Notes: generated from the sequence alone by a model not told the origin. Positions 37,717 through 53,423 are shown, numbered from the stretch's first letter. The stretch: DNA of 64,000 nucleotides from an uncultured delta proteobacterium (GCA_963716725.1 CAVQUB010000015.1:416001-480000); one strand, 5' to 3'. Program-made: numbers and translations.

Positions 37717-39055
37717 ATGCGCATGACCCGGACCACCAACCGCATCCCCGTGACGGCCGGGGCGCGGCCGGCGAGGCTCTCGGTCCTGCACGGGCCCGAC
37801 GCCGGACTCGAGGTCGCGGTGCCGGCCATCGGGGTCGTGATCGGTGCCGATCCCTCCGCTGACGTGGTGCTCGCGGATGAGGCCGTGTCCCGCCGACACT
37901 GCTCGCTGGTGCCCAAGGGCGAGGGCTTCGAGGTGATGGACCTCGGTTCGCGCAACGGCACGCTGCTCGACGGCGTCTCGATTCAAAAGGCCGTGGTCCC
38001 GGTGGGCGCCGTGCTGCGCGTCGGCAGCAGCTTGATCCAGCTCGTGCCGGGCGACGAGGCGGTGCTCATCCCGCCCAGCGCCAGAGCGAGCTTCGGTGCG
38101 CTGGTGGGCGGCAGCCTCGCCATGCGCCAGGTCTACGCCGTGCTCGAGCGCGCGAGCTCGTCGAACGCCCCGATTTTGCTGCTCGGCGAGAGCGGAACGG
38201 GCAAGGAGCTCGCTGCCCGGGCGGTGCACGATCACAGCCCGCGTCGCGGTGGCCCCTTCGTGGTCTTCGACTGCGGGGCCTCCACCGAGTCGCTGATCGA
38301 GAGCGACTTGTTCGGACACATGAAGGGCGCGTTCACCGGGGCCCAGAGCGATCGCCCCGGCGCCTTCGAGCTGGCCCACGGCGGAACGCTCTTCCTGGAC
38401 GAGATCGGCGACCTGCCCATCAACCTCCAGCCCAAGCTGCTGCGCATGCTCGAGAGCGGCGAGGTGACGCCACTGGGCGGGAGAAAGCCGACGCGCTACG
38501 ACGTGCGCGTCGTCGCCGCGACCCACCGTGATCTCTCCGAAGAGGTCAGCCGTGGCGGCTTCCGCGGGGATCTCTACTACCGCCTGGCGGTGGTCGAGGT
38601 GCACCTGCCGCCTCTCCGACAGCGCCTGGAAGACGTCGAGGATTCTGGTGAAGGTTCTGCTGGCGCGAGAGGGGCGCCCGGAGGTCGAAGTGCGCTCGGA
38701 GAATCTCGATCGCCTGCTCGCCTACCACTTTCCGGGCAACGTACGGGAGCTGAGGAACATCGTGACCCGAGCCGTCGCGCTGTCGCCGCCGGAAACACGC
38801 TTTTCCGCCATGCCCATTCTGCTGGCGGGCTCGACGGCCAAGCGCGACACCGAGTGGGTGGCCCGGGCCGATCGGCCCTTCTCGGAGGCGAAGGCCGAGC
38901 TCGTCGCGCGCTTCGAGCGCGACTACCTCAAAGATCTGCTGCTTCGAGCCGGCAACAACATCTCCCAGGCCGCCCGCATCTCGGGGATCGATCGCAAGCA
39001 CCTGTACCGACTGCTCGAGTCGGCGGGGCTGCACCAGCCCGGCGCCAAAGCGTGA
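37717..39055 (+). CDS. FHA-domain sigma-54-dependent activator (FHA-AAA+-Fis HTH), +1 frameshift near 38640
   Basis: VSRRH and [11 protein letters not shown] motifs; [40 protein letters not shown] and HTH in the shifted frame. Confidence 0.9.
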
Positions 39056-39687
39056 CGGAGCGGATCGGCGCCGCGCTGGTCTGCTTCGTGATCAGCGGCG
39101 CGGCCGCGGCCGGTGAGCCTCTCCCGAGCGTCGACCTGCGAGAGGTCGGACCCGACGCGGAGACCTTCGACGATCGTCGCCGCCCCGAGGCGCGTCTGTG
39201 GGCCCAGCGCCCCATCGCGGTCGAGGCCCAGGTCGGACTCGGCGCGCCGCTCGGGCTGGCAGGGTTGGCCCTCGATTTGAGCCCGAGCGCCGGCTTCTCG
39301 TGGAACGTGGGCGCTGGGGTGGGCGGCAGCACCAAGACGCTGCAGCTTGGAACGGCGGTGCGCCTGCGCTTGATCCCGGTCCATGGCTTCGCGGTCGGCG
39401 CCGAAGGAGGGCTCGCCTTCGGTCGCTACGAGGAGCGGTCGGAGTGTGCGACGGGGCGGTGCCCGCCGGCCTATTCGTGGGACCAGGCGGTCTGGGGGCA
39501 CATCGGATTGGTGCTCGAGCGGCGCAGCGAGTCCGGCGTCACGCTGCGCTGGAGCTTTGGTGCTGCGGGGATCTTCAACGTGACGAGCGCCGACTGCGAG
39601 CGCTGCGACGCCACCGACGAGCCGACCCTGTGGCAGACGACGGTGCCGTACACGCTGGTGGCCGCGGGATGGGCGTTCGGCTCATGA
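39052..39687 (+). CDS. hypothetical secreted/outer-membrane beta-strand protein
   Basis: GTGA overlap; signal peptide; alternating beta strands; ends ...AAGWAFGS. Confidence 0.7.
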   Translation: MTERIGAALVCFVISGAAAAGEPLPSVDLREVGPDAETFDDRRRPEARLWAQRPIAVEAQVGLGAPLGLAGLALDLSPSAGFSWNVGAGVGGSTKTLQLGTAVRLRLIPVHGFAVGAEGGLAFGRYEERSECATGRCPPAYSWDQAVWGHIGLVLERRSESGVTLRWSFGAAGIFNVTSADCERCDATDEPTLWQTTVPYTLVAAGWAFGS

Positions 39688-41153
39688 AACGCGCGCTCTT
39701 CGCCTTGCTCTGCTGCACCGCGCCGGCCCTCGCCGACGGCCCCCTCGGGCCCAATGGTTCGCCGATCCGGACCAGCAGCTACGCGGTGGATTTGGCCGGG
39801 GGCCCCGTGCTCGCCGGATCCCGCGCCCTCGGCCTCGCCGGCGCCTACGTGGCCATCGCCGAAGGCGTGGACGGCAACCTGCACAACCCCGCGGCGCCCG
39901 CCGTGCGTGCGGCGTGGTCGGCGACTCACGTCGACTACGACGCGAGCTTGGGCCTGCTGTTCCCAGGAACGCTGGCGAGCACCGACTTCTACAACACGGG
40001 GCGCGGTCGCACCGATCTGAGGCGCAGCGATCCTCGAGAGTTTGCCCTGCTCGCTCCGGCGGCCAACCTGCAGATCGGACCCTGGGGGGTGGGCGTTGGC
40101 CTCGAGGTCTTCCGCTACGGCCTGCTGCGCCAACCCGATCCGACTCTGGGCGGCGAAGAGGAGGTGATCCGCGCGCAATTCAGCACCTTTCGTGCCTTTC
40201 TTGCCCGGGCGGTGGACGACGGGCAGATCGTGGGCGGCATCGGACTTCAGGTGACGGCGCTCGACGTCACCACGAAGGACGAGATCATCTCGCGGAGCGG
40301 GAACGTGTTCACGACCCGCGGCGTGAGCTTCGAGGGCGGTCTGCTCTGGCGACCGACGGGCGAGCGCTTTCGCCTCGGCGTCGCGCTGCGCGCGCCGGTC
40401 ACCACCGACGTGGACTCTCGGGGCCGCGCGGTGGGCGGCGACCTCGTGCTGCGAGACCCCCAGAGCCCCGACGCGATCTGGCTGCCACGGCGGGTCAAAC
40501 GCCCCTGGAGCAGCGACTTCGGCGCGGCGGTGCAGCTCGGCCCGCGACCCCTCAATGTCGGCTGGCTCGATCCGATCGTGGTCATGCGCCGCGTCGACAC
40601 TTACCTCGAGGCACGCGAGCGCCTGCGTGAGCGCCGACTCGAGCGTGCCGCGCGCCTGGGCTCGGACGCCAGGGAGGCCGCCGAGGACGAGCTCGAGCGG
40701 GAGGCGGACGCGGACCGGCGCTACCGTGGCACCCAACGGGAACGCGTGACCGAGCTGCTCCGTGAGCGATACGACCGAGTGCCGCGGCGCTACGTCTTGC
40801 TGAGCGCCGCGCTGCACGCCGACGGCGACGTGGCCAATGGCGTCGGCGTCGAGTCCTTCCTCCAGGGCTACGTCGATCGATCCGGCCAGCGCGTGAGCCT
40901 CACGCCCCGATTCGGCGTCGAGACCGAGGCCATCTCGAACTGGCTCAAGCTGCGCGCCGGGACGTACCTCGAGCCAACCCGCTTCCGAGGCAGCTCCCCG
41001 CGTATGCACGGCACCTTCGGCTTCGACACGCGGCTCTTCGAGTGGAGCCTATTTGGCCTGTTGCACGAGGACGAGAAGCTCGCGCTCGGCGGCGCCATCG
41101 ACGGCGCGCGCCAGTACTTTGGTTGGGCGGTCTCGGTGGGGATCTGGCGCTGA
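39684..41153 (+). CDS. outer-membrane beta-barrel, FadL/PorV-like
   Basis: RALGLAGAYVAIAEG...NPA motif; terminal aromatic strand WAVSVGIWR. Confidence 0.7.
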   Translation: MKRALFALLCCTAPALADGPLGPNGSPIRTSSYAVDLAGGPVLAGSRALGLAGAYVAIAEGVDGNLHNPAAPAVRAAWSATHVDYDASLGLLFPGTLASTDFYNTGRGRTDLRRSDPREFALLAPAANLQIGPWGVGVGLEVFRYGLLRQPDPTLGGEEEVIRAQFSTFRAFLARAVDDGQIVGGIGLQVTALDVTTKDEIISRSGNVFTTRGVSFEGGLLWRPTGERFRLGVALRAPVTTDVDSRGRAVGGDLVLRDPQSPDAIWLPRRVKRPWSSDFGAAVQLGPRPLNVGWLDPIVVMRRVDTYLEARERLRERRLERAARLGSDAREAAEDELEREADADRRYRGTQRERVTELLRERYDRVPRRYVLLSAALHADGDVANGVGVESFLQGYVDRSGQRVSLTPRFGVETEAISNWLKLRAGTYLEPTRFRGSSPRMHGTFGFDTRLFEWSLFGLLHEDEKLALGGAIDGARQYFGWAVSVGIWR

Positions 41154-41343
41154 TTCAGGGCGCAGCGAGGCCAGTACGGTAGGTGCGGAAGACCTTCGGC
41201 GGGGTCTCGATGCTGAGCGCCGAGACGGCGTAGCCCATGGCGGGCGCGCCTTCGGCGACGCTGCACGCGCCCGTGAAGCGTTGGTCCGGCGTGTCGATCA
41301 CCCGATGCACCAGGGGCGCGACAGGCCGTGATACCGTGCAGGG

Positions 41344-41832
41344 GTGATTCGCGGAGCCGGTCTCGCGCTAATGCTCGCTGCCTGCGCTCGCACCGCCGAG
41401 CCCACGATTGCAGAGCCCGCGATTGCGGAGCCCGCAACCGTCGCCGAGGCGCCGGCGACGACGCCCGAAGCGCTCGCCGCCCCGCCAGCACCGAGCGATT
41501 CAACCACCGCGCCAACGCCGGAGGCGCCCGCGCCCCCGGTCCCCGAGCCGCCCAAGGTCTCGACCGCCAGGAGCGCGCGATGCACCAGTGATTTCGACTG
41601 TGCCTTGAAGGTGACTCATCACTGCTGCGGGGAGTGCCCGGTGACGCCCATCACCGCGATCAGCGCGGCGGCAGCGGCGACCGCACAGAAGCGCGAGAGC
41701 GCACACTGCGCAGCCGAAGATCACGACTGCAGTCAGTTCAGGTGTCCGCCGGTCCCACCGAAGTGCCAGATCCGCGCGGTGTGCAGCAAGGGTTTCTGCG
41801 CTCCGGCGCTGTCCAAAGCCTGCGAGGGCTGA
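41344..41832 (+). CDS. Pro/Ala-rich, Cys-rich lipoprotein
   Basis: lipobox LAAC; CTSDFDC...CCGEC...CSKGFC. Confidence 0.75.
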   Translation: MIRGAGLALMLAACARTAEPTIAEPAIAEPATVAEAPATTPEALAAPPAPSDSTTAPTPEAPAPPVPEPPKVSTARSARCTSDFDCALKVTHHCCGECPVTPITAISAAAAATAQKRESAHCAAEDHDCSQFRCPPVPPKCQIRAVCSKGFCAPALSKACEG

Positions 41833-41862
41833 GGGCGGGACCTCGCTGCCGGGGCGGGGGAC

Positions 41863-45657
<3,795 letters not shown>

Positions 45658-45698
45658 GCGCGCCCAGGATAGCGCGGTGGGGGGCCGAGGCGGGGGAT

Positions 45699-46865
45699 CT
45701 AGTCGCGCATTGCGTCGATGGGCGACACGGAAGCGGCTCGCAGTGCCGGAAAGAAGCCGCCGACCACCCCCATGACGCCGCCAAAGACCAAGCTGGCCCC
45801 GATGATCTGGGGCGTGGGCGTGAATCGAAACACGATCTCGCTCCAAGTCGCGAAGTTCATCATCGAGAAGCTGACGAACCCCATGGCCAGCGAGGCGACC
45901 GCGCCCACCGCGCCTCCGATGCCCGCGATCAGCAGCGATTCGAACAAGAAGCTCATCACGATGTTCAGCCGCGAGAAGCCGAGCGCCCGGAGCACGCCCA
46001 CTTCGCGCCTGCGGTTGGCTACGGCGGCGTACATGGTGATCATCGCTCCGATCATCGCGCCCACGCTGAAGAACACCGCGATGAGCACGCCCATTGCCGT
46101 GATGAAGAGCGTCGTGCCTTCGCTCTGCTTCTCGTAGAACTCGCGCTCGGGCATGGCGTCGAGCCCCAGGCGCTTGTCGCTCTCGATGGCCGCCTCGAAG
46201 CCCTCGAAACGGCTCGGTGAATCGAGTCGGACGCGGACGCTCGAGACGACGCCGCGGCGCCCGAAGGCCTCGCGCAGGATCTCGAGATCTGCCCAAACCT
46301 CGCTCTCGAAGGAGGTGCCTCCAGCCTCGAACACACCCACCACCTTGACCGGGCGATTCTTCCGGAGCTCGAAGGAGTCACCGAGACGCAAGTTCTTGAA
46401 GCGCCCGCTGATGGCTCGTCCGACCATCACCTCGTCGGTGCCCGGCTTGAGCGGGCGCCCCTCGATCACGCGTACGTCGGGGCGGAAGTCCGTCACGTCG
46501 CTCGGAACGCCGCGGAGTTGCACGTTGGTGCGCCCCTTGCCGTCGGAAGTCTCCATGAAAGCGACGACCATCAGCTCGCCGACCGCCATCGGGGTACCAT
46601 CGCTCTTGGCCTTCACCCCTGGCGCGCTCCGCACGATGCTCACGGTCGGATCGTCGATGGTGCTCGAGAGCTCGGCGTTGTTGCCCTTGCGGAGCACGAT
46701 GGCGGTGTCGGCGCGCCCCGAGCTGGCCAGCGTGCGTCGCAGGCCCTCCGAGAGCATGAGCGACGAGGCCAGCACGAACACCACCAGCGCGATGCCGCCC
46801 GCGGACGCCACCGTGGTGGCCTTGCGCACCGCGAGGTTTCGCACGTTGTACGAGACCGGGATCAT
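45699..46865 (-). CDS. ABC transporter permease (MacB/FtsX family)
   Basis: RRREVGVLRALGF motif; four TM segments. Confidence 0.9.
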   Translation of the reverse strand: MIPVSYNVRNLAVRKATTVASAGGIALVVFVLASSLMLSEGLRRTLASSGRADTAIVLRKGNNAELSSTIDDPTVSIVRSAPGVKAKSDGTPMAVGELMVVAFMETSDGKGRTNVQLRGVPSDVTDFRPDVRVIEGRPLKPGTDEVMVGRAISGRFKNLRLGDSFELRKNRPVKVVGVFEAGGTSFESEVWADLEILREAFGRRGVVSSVRVRLDSPSRFEGFEAAIESDKRLGLDAMPEREFYEKQSEGTTLFITAMGVLIAVFFSVGAMIGAMITMYAAVANRRREVGVLRALGFSRLNIVMSFLFESLLIAGIGGAVGAVASLAMGFVSFSMMNFATWSEIVFRFTPTPQIIGASLVFGGVMGVVGGFFPALRAASVSPIDAMRD

Positions 46866-48028
46866 CCAAGCCTCCTGAGTGCTTCGACCGCGTCGAGCTT
46901 GGAGGCGCGCCAAGCCGGGATCAGCGCGGCGACCAAGCCGAGCACGATGGCGATGACGACCGCGCTTGCGGCGACCGTGACCGGGATACGGAAGTAGGGG
47001 AACCAAGAGCCCATGTTCTCTTCGAGCCAACGCCCCATGGCCTGCTGCACGATCGGGTAGCTGAGCGCGATGCCGGCCAGCCCGCCGAGCAGCCCTACCG
47101 CCACGCTCTCGCCGATCACGAAGCTGACGATGTGTCCCGGTCGAAACCCGAGCGCCAGCAAGACGCCGTACTCGCGTGTGCGCTCGCGAACGCCCATGGC
47201 GATGGTGTTGCCCAAGATCAGCATCATGATCGCCAAGATCACGATGCTGACCACGTTCAGCGCGCCCAGGATGGCCGAAGCGGCTCCAATGAACTGCGCG
47301 TTGAGCGCCCGCTCGCTCATGGTCTGGGTCTGGACGTCGCGTTCGTCGAAGGCTTTGTCGATGGCCGTGCCGATGGCGCCGCCTCGCGACACACTGTCGA
47401 TGGTGCTGGCGATCCAGCCGATCTGATCTTTGCGTCCCTGTGGCAGCGACTCGTTCATGTAGTCCCAGTGGAACAAGAACTGCGATTGATCCACCGAGCG
47501 CCTGGCCGCGCTGTAGACCCCGGAAATGCGGAACTTCCAGTCGCCGGGGTAGATGGTGCCGGTGAGCGTGACTTCGTCCCCGACCTTCCAGCCGAACTGC
47601 TTGGCGAGCGAGGAGCCGATGATGGCGCCTTGGCGGTCCTGCTTCCACGCCGAGAGCTGTTCCGGCGGCACCAGCATGTCGTCGTAGACGTCGAAGAAGG
47701 TCTGCGGATCGACGGCCATGTTGGCGAAGAACTCCCGATCACGCGTCGGGTGCTTGGCGCCGAACCAGTTGAGATAGGTCGCCTTCTTGACGCCGGGAAC
47801 CTGGCGTACCTCTTCGAAGTAGCGTTTCGGCAGCGGCATCACGAAGGTCACCTTGTGCCAGGTGGCCAGGCGATCCTGAGCCGCGTGTTCGGCGCCCGTG
47901 TTCCAAGCATCGAGCACGGTTCGAAGCAGCACGAAGGACACGATGGCGACTGCAACGCCGAGCACGGTCAGGGCCGTGCGCAGCCGGTTTCGGCGGATGT
48001 TCTTCAGCGCCAACGTGCCCAGATTCAT
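46862..48028 (-). CDS. ABC transporter permease (MacB/FtsX family)
   Basis: RNRLRTALTVLG, VRERTREYGVLLALGF motifs. Confidence 0.9.
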   Translation of the reverse strand: MNLGTLALKNIRRNRLRTALTVLGVAVAIVSFVLLRTVLDAWNTGAEHAAQDRLATWHKVTFVMPLPKRYFEEVRQVPGVKKATYLNWFGAKHPTRDREFFANMAVDPQTFFDVYDDMLVPPEQLSAWKQDRQGAIIGSSLAKQFGWKVGDEVTLTGTIYPGDWKFRISGVYSAARRSVDQSQFLFHWDYMNESLPQGRKDQIGWIASTIDSVSRGGAIGTAIDKAFDERDVQTQTMSERALNAQFIGAASAILGALNVVSIVILAIMMLILGNTIAMGVRERTREYGVLLALGFRPGHIVSFVIGESVAVGLLGGLAGIALSYPIVQQAMGRWLEENMGSWFPYFRIPVTVAASAVVIAIVLGLVAALIPAWRASKLDAVEALRRLG

Positions 48029-48705
48029 ACGAGCTGACCTTTGTCGAGCTTGCGAATGATGCTGGCCCGCTCAGCGGCGGCCGGATCGTGCGTGACCATC
48101 AAGATGGTCTTGTCGAATTCCTTGTTGAGCCTGGTCAAGAGCGTGAGAATTTCGTCTGCGCTCTGGCGATCGAGCTCGCCGGTCGGCTCGTCGGCGACCA
48201 AGATGGTGGGGTCGTGCACGATCGCACGAGCGATGCCGACCCGTTGCTCTTGACCGCCCGAGAGCTGGTTCGGGCGATGCCCCATCCGATCTTCGAGCCC
48301 GACGACGCGCAGGGCCGTGGCCGCACGCTTCTTGCGTTCCGGGCCCGGCAGCTTGGTCAGGAGCAGCGGAAGTTCGACGTTCTCGAGGGCCGTCAGCACC
48401 GGGATCAGGTTGAAGTTCTGGAAGATGAAGCCGATGTGCTGGGCGCGCCAGCGCGACAGCGCGGCGTCCCCGAGCTTGGCGATGTCTTTGCCGGCGACCT
48501 CGACGCTGCCCTTGCTGGGGCGATCGAGCCCCGCGATCAGGTTGAGCAGCGTGGTCTTGCCCGAGCCGCTCGGGCCCATCAACGCCTCGAAGGAGCCCTT
48601 GGCGATGTCGAGGTCGAGGTCGTTCAGGACCTCGAGCCGCTCCTTGCCGCGCATGAATGTCTTGTTCACGCCCCGGAGGGCGATCAGCGATTGTTGATCA
48701 CTCAC
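48025..48705 (-). CDS. ABC transporter ATP-binding protein (LolD/MacB-like)
   Basis: GPSGSGKT, LSGGQEQR, ADEPTG, VTHD motifs. Confidence 0.93.
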   Translation of the reverse strand: MSDQQSLIALRGVNKTFMRGKERLEVLNDLDLDIAKGSFEALMGPSGSGKTTLLNLIAGLDRPSKGSVEVAGKDIAKLGDAALSRWRAQHIGFIFQNFNLIPVLTALENVELPLLLTKLPGPERKKRAATALRVVGLEDRMGHRPNQLSGGQEQRVGIARAIVHDPTILVADEPTGELDRQSADEILTLLTRLNKEFDKTILMVTHDPAAAERASIIRKLDKGQLV

Positions 48706-49925
48706 GGCGTCTCTTTCTCCTTGACGTCTCTCCCGTCGGCGAGGTCGGCCGGAGGATCTTTGACCAGTCGCGTTCCACTCGGAGGGCCGTCGAGCAGCTC
48801 GAAGCCAGTGGCGATGGAAGCGCCGAGGGTGACGGCACGCATACGGACCTTGCCGTCGTCGATCACGAACACGACCTTGGCTCCCGCGCGATCCGTGACG
48901 GCGGCGCCGGGCACCAGGACCTTGGGCGGGTCTTGCATGCTCTTTGCGTCGAGCTTTTCTTCGAGGAAGTTCACCCGGGCGGCCATGTCCGGCAGCACTC
49001 CAGGGATGGCGTCGACGAACTTCACCTTGACCGTGACGGTGGCCTTGGCGCGGTCCACGCGCGGCCCCACCTGCGCGACCTCGCCCCGCAGGCGCTTGCC
49101 GGGAAAGGCGTCGAGCAGGACCTCGGTGGGCGCCCGGGGGCCCAGCAAGTGCACGCGGCCTTCTGGCACGTCGGTCTCGACCATGATCGACTCGAGATCG
49201 ACCAGCTTGGCCAGCGCGCCGGTGAAGGGTCCCACCATGGCGCCGACTCCCACGGGCTTGCCCACGACCGTGCCGCGGATGGGAGCCTTCACGGTCATGT
49301 AGTCGAGCCCCACTTGCACGTTGCGCACCTCGGCCCGGGCGGCCTTGGTCTGCGCGTCGGCGGCTTCGACCACCTTCTGCTGGGCCGCGAGCTGCGCGTC
49401 CAAATCGTCGGCGATGGCCGGCGCAGACACGCCCTCGCTGGCCATCGAGCGTTCGCGCTTGGCCTTGATCTCCAGCGCTGCCAGATCGGCACGAGAAACC
49501 TGAGCGCGGGCCTCCGAGCTGCTGACGACCGATCGGGCCGAGGCGATGGCCGCCTTGCGATCGGAGCTCTCGAGCGTCGCGATGATCTGGCCCACCTCGA
49601 CCAGATCGCCTTCTTTGATCGAAATGGTCTTCACGCGGCCGGCGACGACCGGCCCCACGTCGCTGGAGACCTGCGCCACGACGTAGCCGCTGGAGGTGAG
49701 CGTGACCGACGCTTGGGCGGGCGTGATGGTCGTGATCTCGGTGACGGCGACTTCCGGCTTGAAGAGGCGTGCCTCGACCTGGGGCAACGCGACGAAGTAC
49801 CCCGCGCCCAGGGTTCCCACTGCGACCGCGACCCACACCCCACGCCGGAGCCAGCCGGAACCCGCCGGGACCGCGGCGCGGTCGAGCTTGAGCGACGCGA
49901 GATCGTCCGAGAGGCGGTCCGCCAT
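48702..49925 (-). CDS. efflux periplasmic adaptor (membrane fusion protein)
   Basis: N-terminal TM; KEGDLVEVGQ lipoyl half, coiled hairpin, VKAPIRGTV. Confidence 0.9.
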   Translation of the reverse strand: MADRLSDDLASLKLDRAAVPAGSGWLRRGVWVAVAVGTLGAGYFVALPQVEARLFKPEVAVTEITTITPAQASVTLTSSGYVVAQVSSDVGPVVAGRVKTISIKEGDLVEVGQIIATLESSDRKAAIASARSVVSSSEARAQVSRADLAALEIKAKRERSMASEGVSAPAIADDLDAQLAAQQKVVEAADAQTKAARAEVRNVQVGLDYMTVKAPIRGTVVGKPVGVGAMVGPFTGALAKLVDLESIMVETDVPEGRVHLLGPRAPTEVLLDAFPGKRLRGEVAQVGPRVDRAKATVTVKVKFVDAIPGVLPDMAARVNFLEEKLDAKSMQDPPKVLVPGAAVTDRAGAKVVFVIDDGKVRMRAVTLGASIATGFELLDGPPSGTRLVKDPPADLADGRDVKEKETP

Positions 49926-50015
49926 GCCGGCCGTTGCTTAAGGCAGTGGGGGCGCAGATGGAACTGGCCCCGAGCGCCGACGGGCATGGCTGGTCGGAAG
50001 CTCAGAGGTTTGCGG

Positions 50016-50087
50016 TGACCCCAACGAGACTCGAACTCGTGTTACCGGCGTGAGAGGCCGATGTCCTAACCGCTAGACGATGGGGCC
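50016..50087 (-). tRNA. tRNA-Glu (CTC)
   Basis: GGCCCCATCGTCTAGCGGTTAGGACATCGGCCTCTCACGCCGGTAACACGAGTTCGAGTCTCGTTGGGGTCA cloverleaf; CCA not encoded. Confidence 0.95.
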
Positions 50088-50093
50088 GATGGG

Positions 50094-50164
50094 TTGGGGG
50101 ACCAGGATTCGAACCTAGATAACAAGGACCAGAGCCTTGTGTCCTGCCTTTAGACGATCCCCCA
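50094..50164 (-). tRNA. tRNA-Gln (CTG)
   Basis: TGGGGGATCGTCTAAAGGCAGGACACAAGGCTCTGGTCCTTGTTATCTAGGTTCGAATCCTGGTCCCCCAA cloverleaf; CCA not encoded. Confidence 0.95.
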
Positions 50165-50353
50165 AGACCTAGCCGGGGAAGGCTACCCCCGCCGTGCCGG
50201 GGTACGGCAGGGTGTAGGGGCCGGCTTCGTAGCGCCACTTTTGGGTTCAAGCAAGACAAACCGCACGCTAGTCCCTTACTTGACCCTTCACGCCGGGGCG
50301 CTGAGCGCCTAGAGATGCCGCGCCGCCCGCCGCGGCCACAAGGAGTCCCCAGC

Positions 50354-52069
<1,716 letters not shown>

Positions 52070-52223
52070 GCGGCGCGCCGCGCACTTCGAGACGCGAGAC
52101 CCACCGACGCGCGAGACCTGCCGACGCGGCAGCAGCGGCGGGCTCGCGTGTTGACGTTCGAAGGCGGAGCCCCCATGAAAGCGCCGCAGCCGATGCCGGA
52201 TCCCCGAATGGTTCAGGGGGGTT

Positions 52224-52253
52224 TTGACCCCCGTGCGCGCGGCGAGATACACT
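52224..52253 (+). promoter_or_regulatory. putative sigma-70 promoter
   Basis: TTGACC-N18-TACACT, ~22 bp upstream of the phosphodiesterase ATG. Confidence 0.5.
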
Positions 52254-52275
52254 CGGCCTTCTGTTTCGGAGCCTC

Positions 52276-53043
52276 ATGGAGCTTCGCGTAGTCGGCTGCC
52301 ACGGCGGGGAAACGCCGAAGCATCGCACCAGCGCCTTCGTTCTGGATGAACGAATGGCGCTCGATGCGGGCTCGCTCACGAGCGGCCTCGATCTCAAGCT
52401 GCAGTTTCGACTGCAAGCGGTGTTGATCAGCCACGCGCACCTGGATCACGTGAGGGATCTGGCAACCATTGCGGACAACCGCTGCCAGGCCGAGTGCGAG
52501 CCGCTGCTGGTGGCGGCCACGCCCTGGACCATCCGGGTGCTGAAGAAGCACTTCTTCAATAACTTGCTGTGGCCGGATTTCCCGGAGATCCCGAACAAAT
52601 CGCGGCCGACCATCCAGTTTGTGCCGCTGATGCCGGAAAAACCGCGCATCATCGCCGGCTATTCCGTGCGCAGCGTGATGGTGAATCACACCATCGAGTC
52701 CGCCGGTTTCATCGTGGAAACGCCTGAAACCGCCATCGCATACAGCGGTGATACGGGACCGACCGACCGCTTCTGGGAGCTCTTGCGCGAGACAGAGAAC
52801 CTGAAGGCGCTACTCATGGAGGTGAGCTTCCCAAATCGGGAGCAGAAGCTAGCCACCGTGAGCGGTCACCACACGCCGCGAACGCTGCACAAGGATCTGA
52901 AGAAGTTCGGGCGCCCCAAGGACTTGCCGACGCTGCTCTACCATATCAAGCCCGTGTTCCAGGGCGAGGTCGAGCAGGAGTGCGCCAGGCTCAAAGGCGT
53001 GAACCTCGGTGTCATGGGCATCGGGGATCACTACGTGCTCTGA
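52276..53043 (+). CDS. class II 3',5'-cyclic-nucleotide phosphodiesterase (MBL fold)
   Basis: [49 protein letters not shown] motifs. Confidence 0.88.
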   Translation: MELRVVGCHGGETPKHRTSAFVLDERMALDAGSLTSGLDLKLQFRLQAVLISHAHLDHVRDLATIADNRCQAECEPLLVAATPWTIRVLKKHFFNNLLWPDFPEIPNKSRPTIQFVPLMPEKPRIIAGYSVRSVMVNHTIESAGFIVETPETAIAYSGDTGPTDRFWELLRETENLKALLMEVSFPNREQKLATVSGHHTPRTLHKDLKKFGRPKDLPTLLYHIKPVFQGEVEQECARLKGVNLGVMGIGDHYVL

Positions 53044-53169
53044 CCGCCGACCAGCGCTCGAGCGATCGGGCTCAGGCACGGGGTCGACCTCCGGGGCCAA
53101 CGCACGGGCACGGGCACGGGGTCGAGGTCTGGGGTCGAGTTGGAGCCGCGCGATTCACCGTTCCTGAAA

Positions 53170-53197
53170 AGTTAACATAATCTATCTTATGCGATCT
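53170..53197 (-). other. dif: dif-like XerC/XerD recombination site
   Basis: minus strand AGATCGCATAA-GATAGA-TTATGTTAACT matches the 11-6-11 layout of E. coli dif (GGTGCGCATAA-TGTATA-TTATGTTAAAT); AT-rich island between convergent genes. Confidence 0.85.
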
Positions 53198-53328
53198 TTT
53201 AATTGGGGGTCGGGAGGGCCGATCTTGGCCGCAGCTGGAAATCGCGCGCAGTTCCAACCGGGCCCCGGCGCAATTCCAACCGGGCCCCGTGGGCCGCCAA
53301 TGCCACCAATGCCACGAGGTCGCGTGGC

Positions 53329-53423
53329 GCGACGGGTTCAGCGCCCCAGCGGAGTCGCGCGCTGCGACGGGTTCAGCGCCCCAGCGGAGTCGCGCGCTGC
53401 GACGGGTTCAGCGCCCCAGCGGA
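53329..53423. repeat. 35-bp tandem repeat, 2.7 copies, containing the 3' end of the bamB-like gene
   Basis: GCGACGGGTTCAGCGCCCCAGCGGAGTCGCGCGCT at 53329 and 53364, partial copy at 53399; no spacers. Confidence 0.9.

Noticed and set aside
38630..38650. Programmed ribosomal frameshifting at the isolated frameshifts
   Set aside because: No slippery heptamer or homopolymer run; single-base sequencing errors are simpler
50016..50164. tRNA genes as an integration (att) site
   Set aside because: No duplicated tRNA 3' end and no integrase noticed in the window
50170..50353. CIRCE element or groES upstream of groEL
   Set aside because: No TTAGCACTC-N9-GAGTGCTAA and no GroES-like ORF
53329..53423. 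35-bp repeat as a CRISPR array
   Set aside because: Units are head-to-tail with no spacers, overlap a gene end, and no cas genes are present
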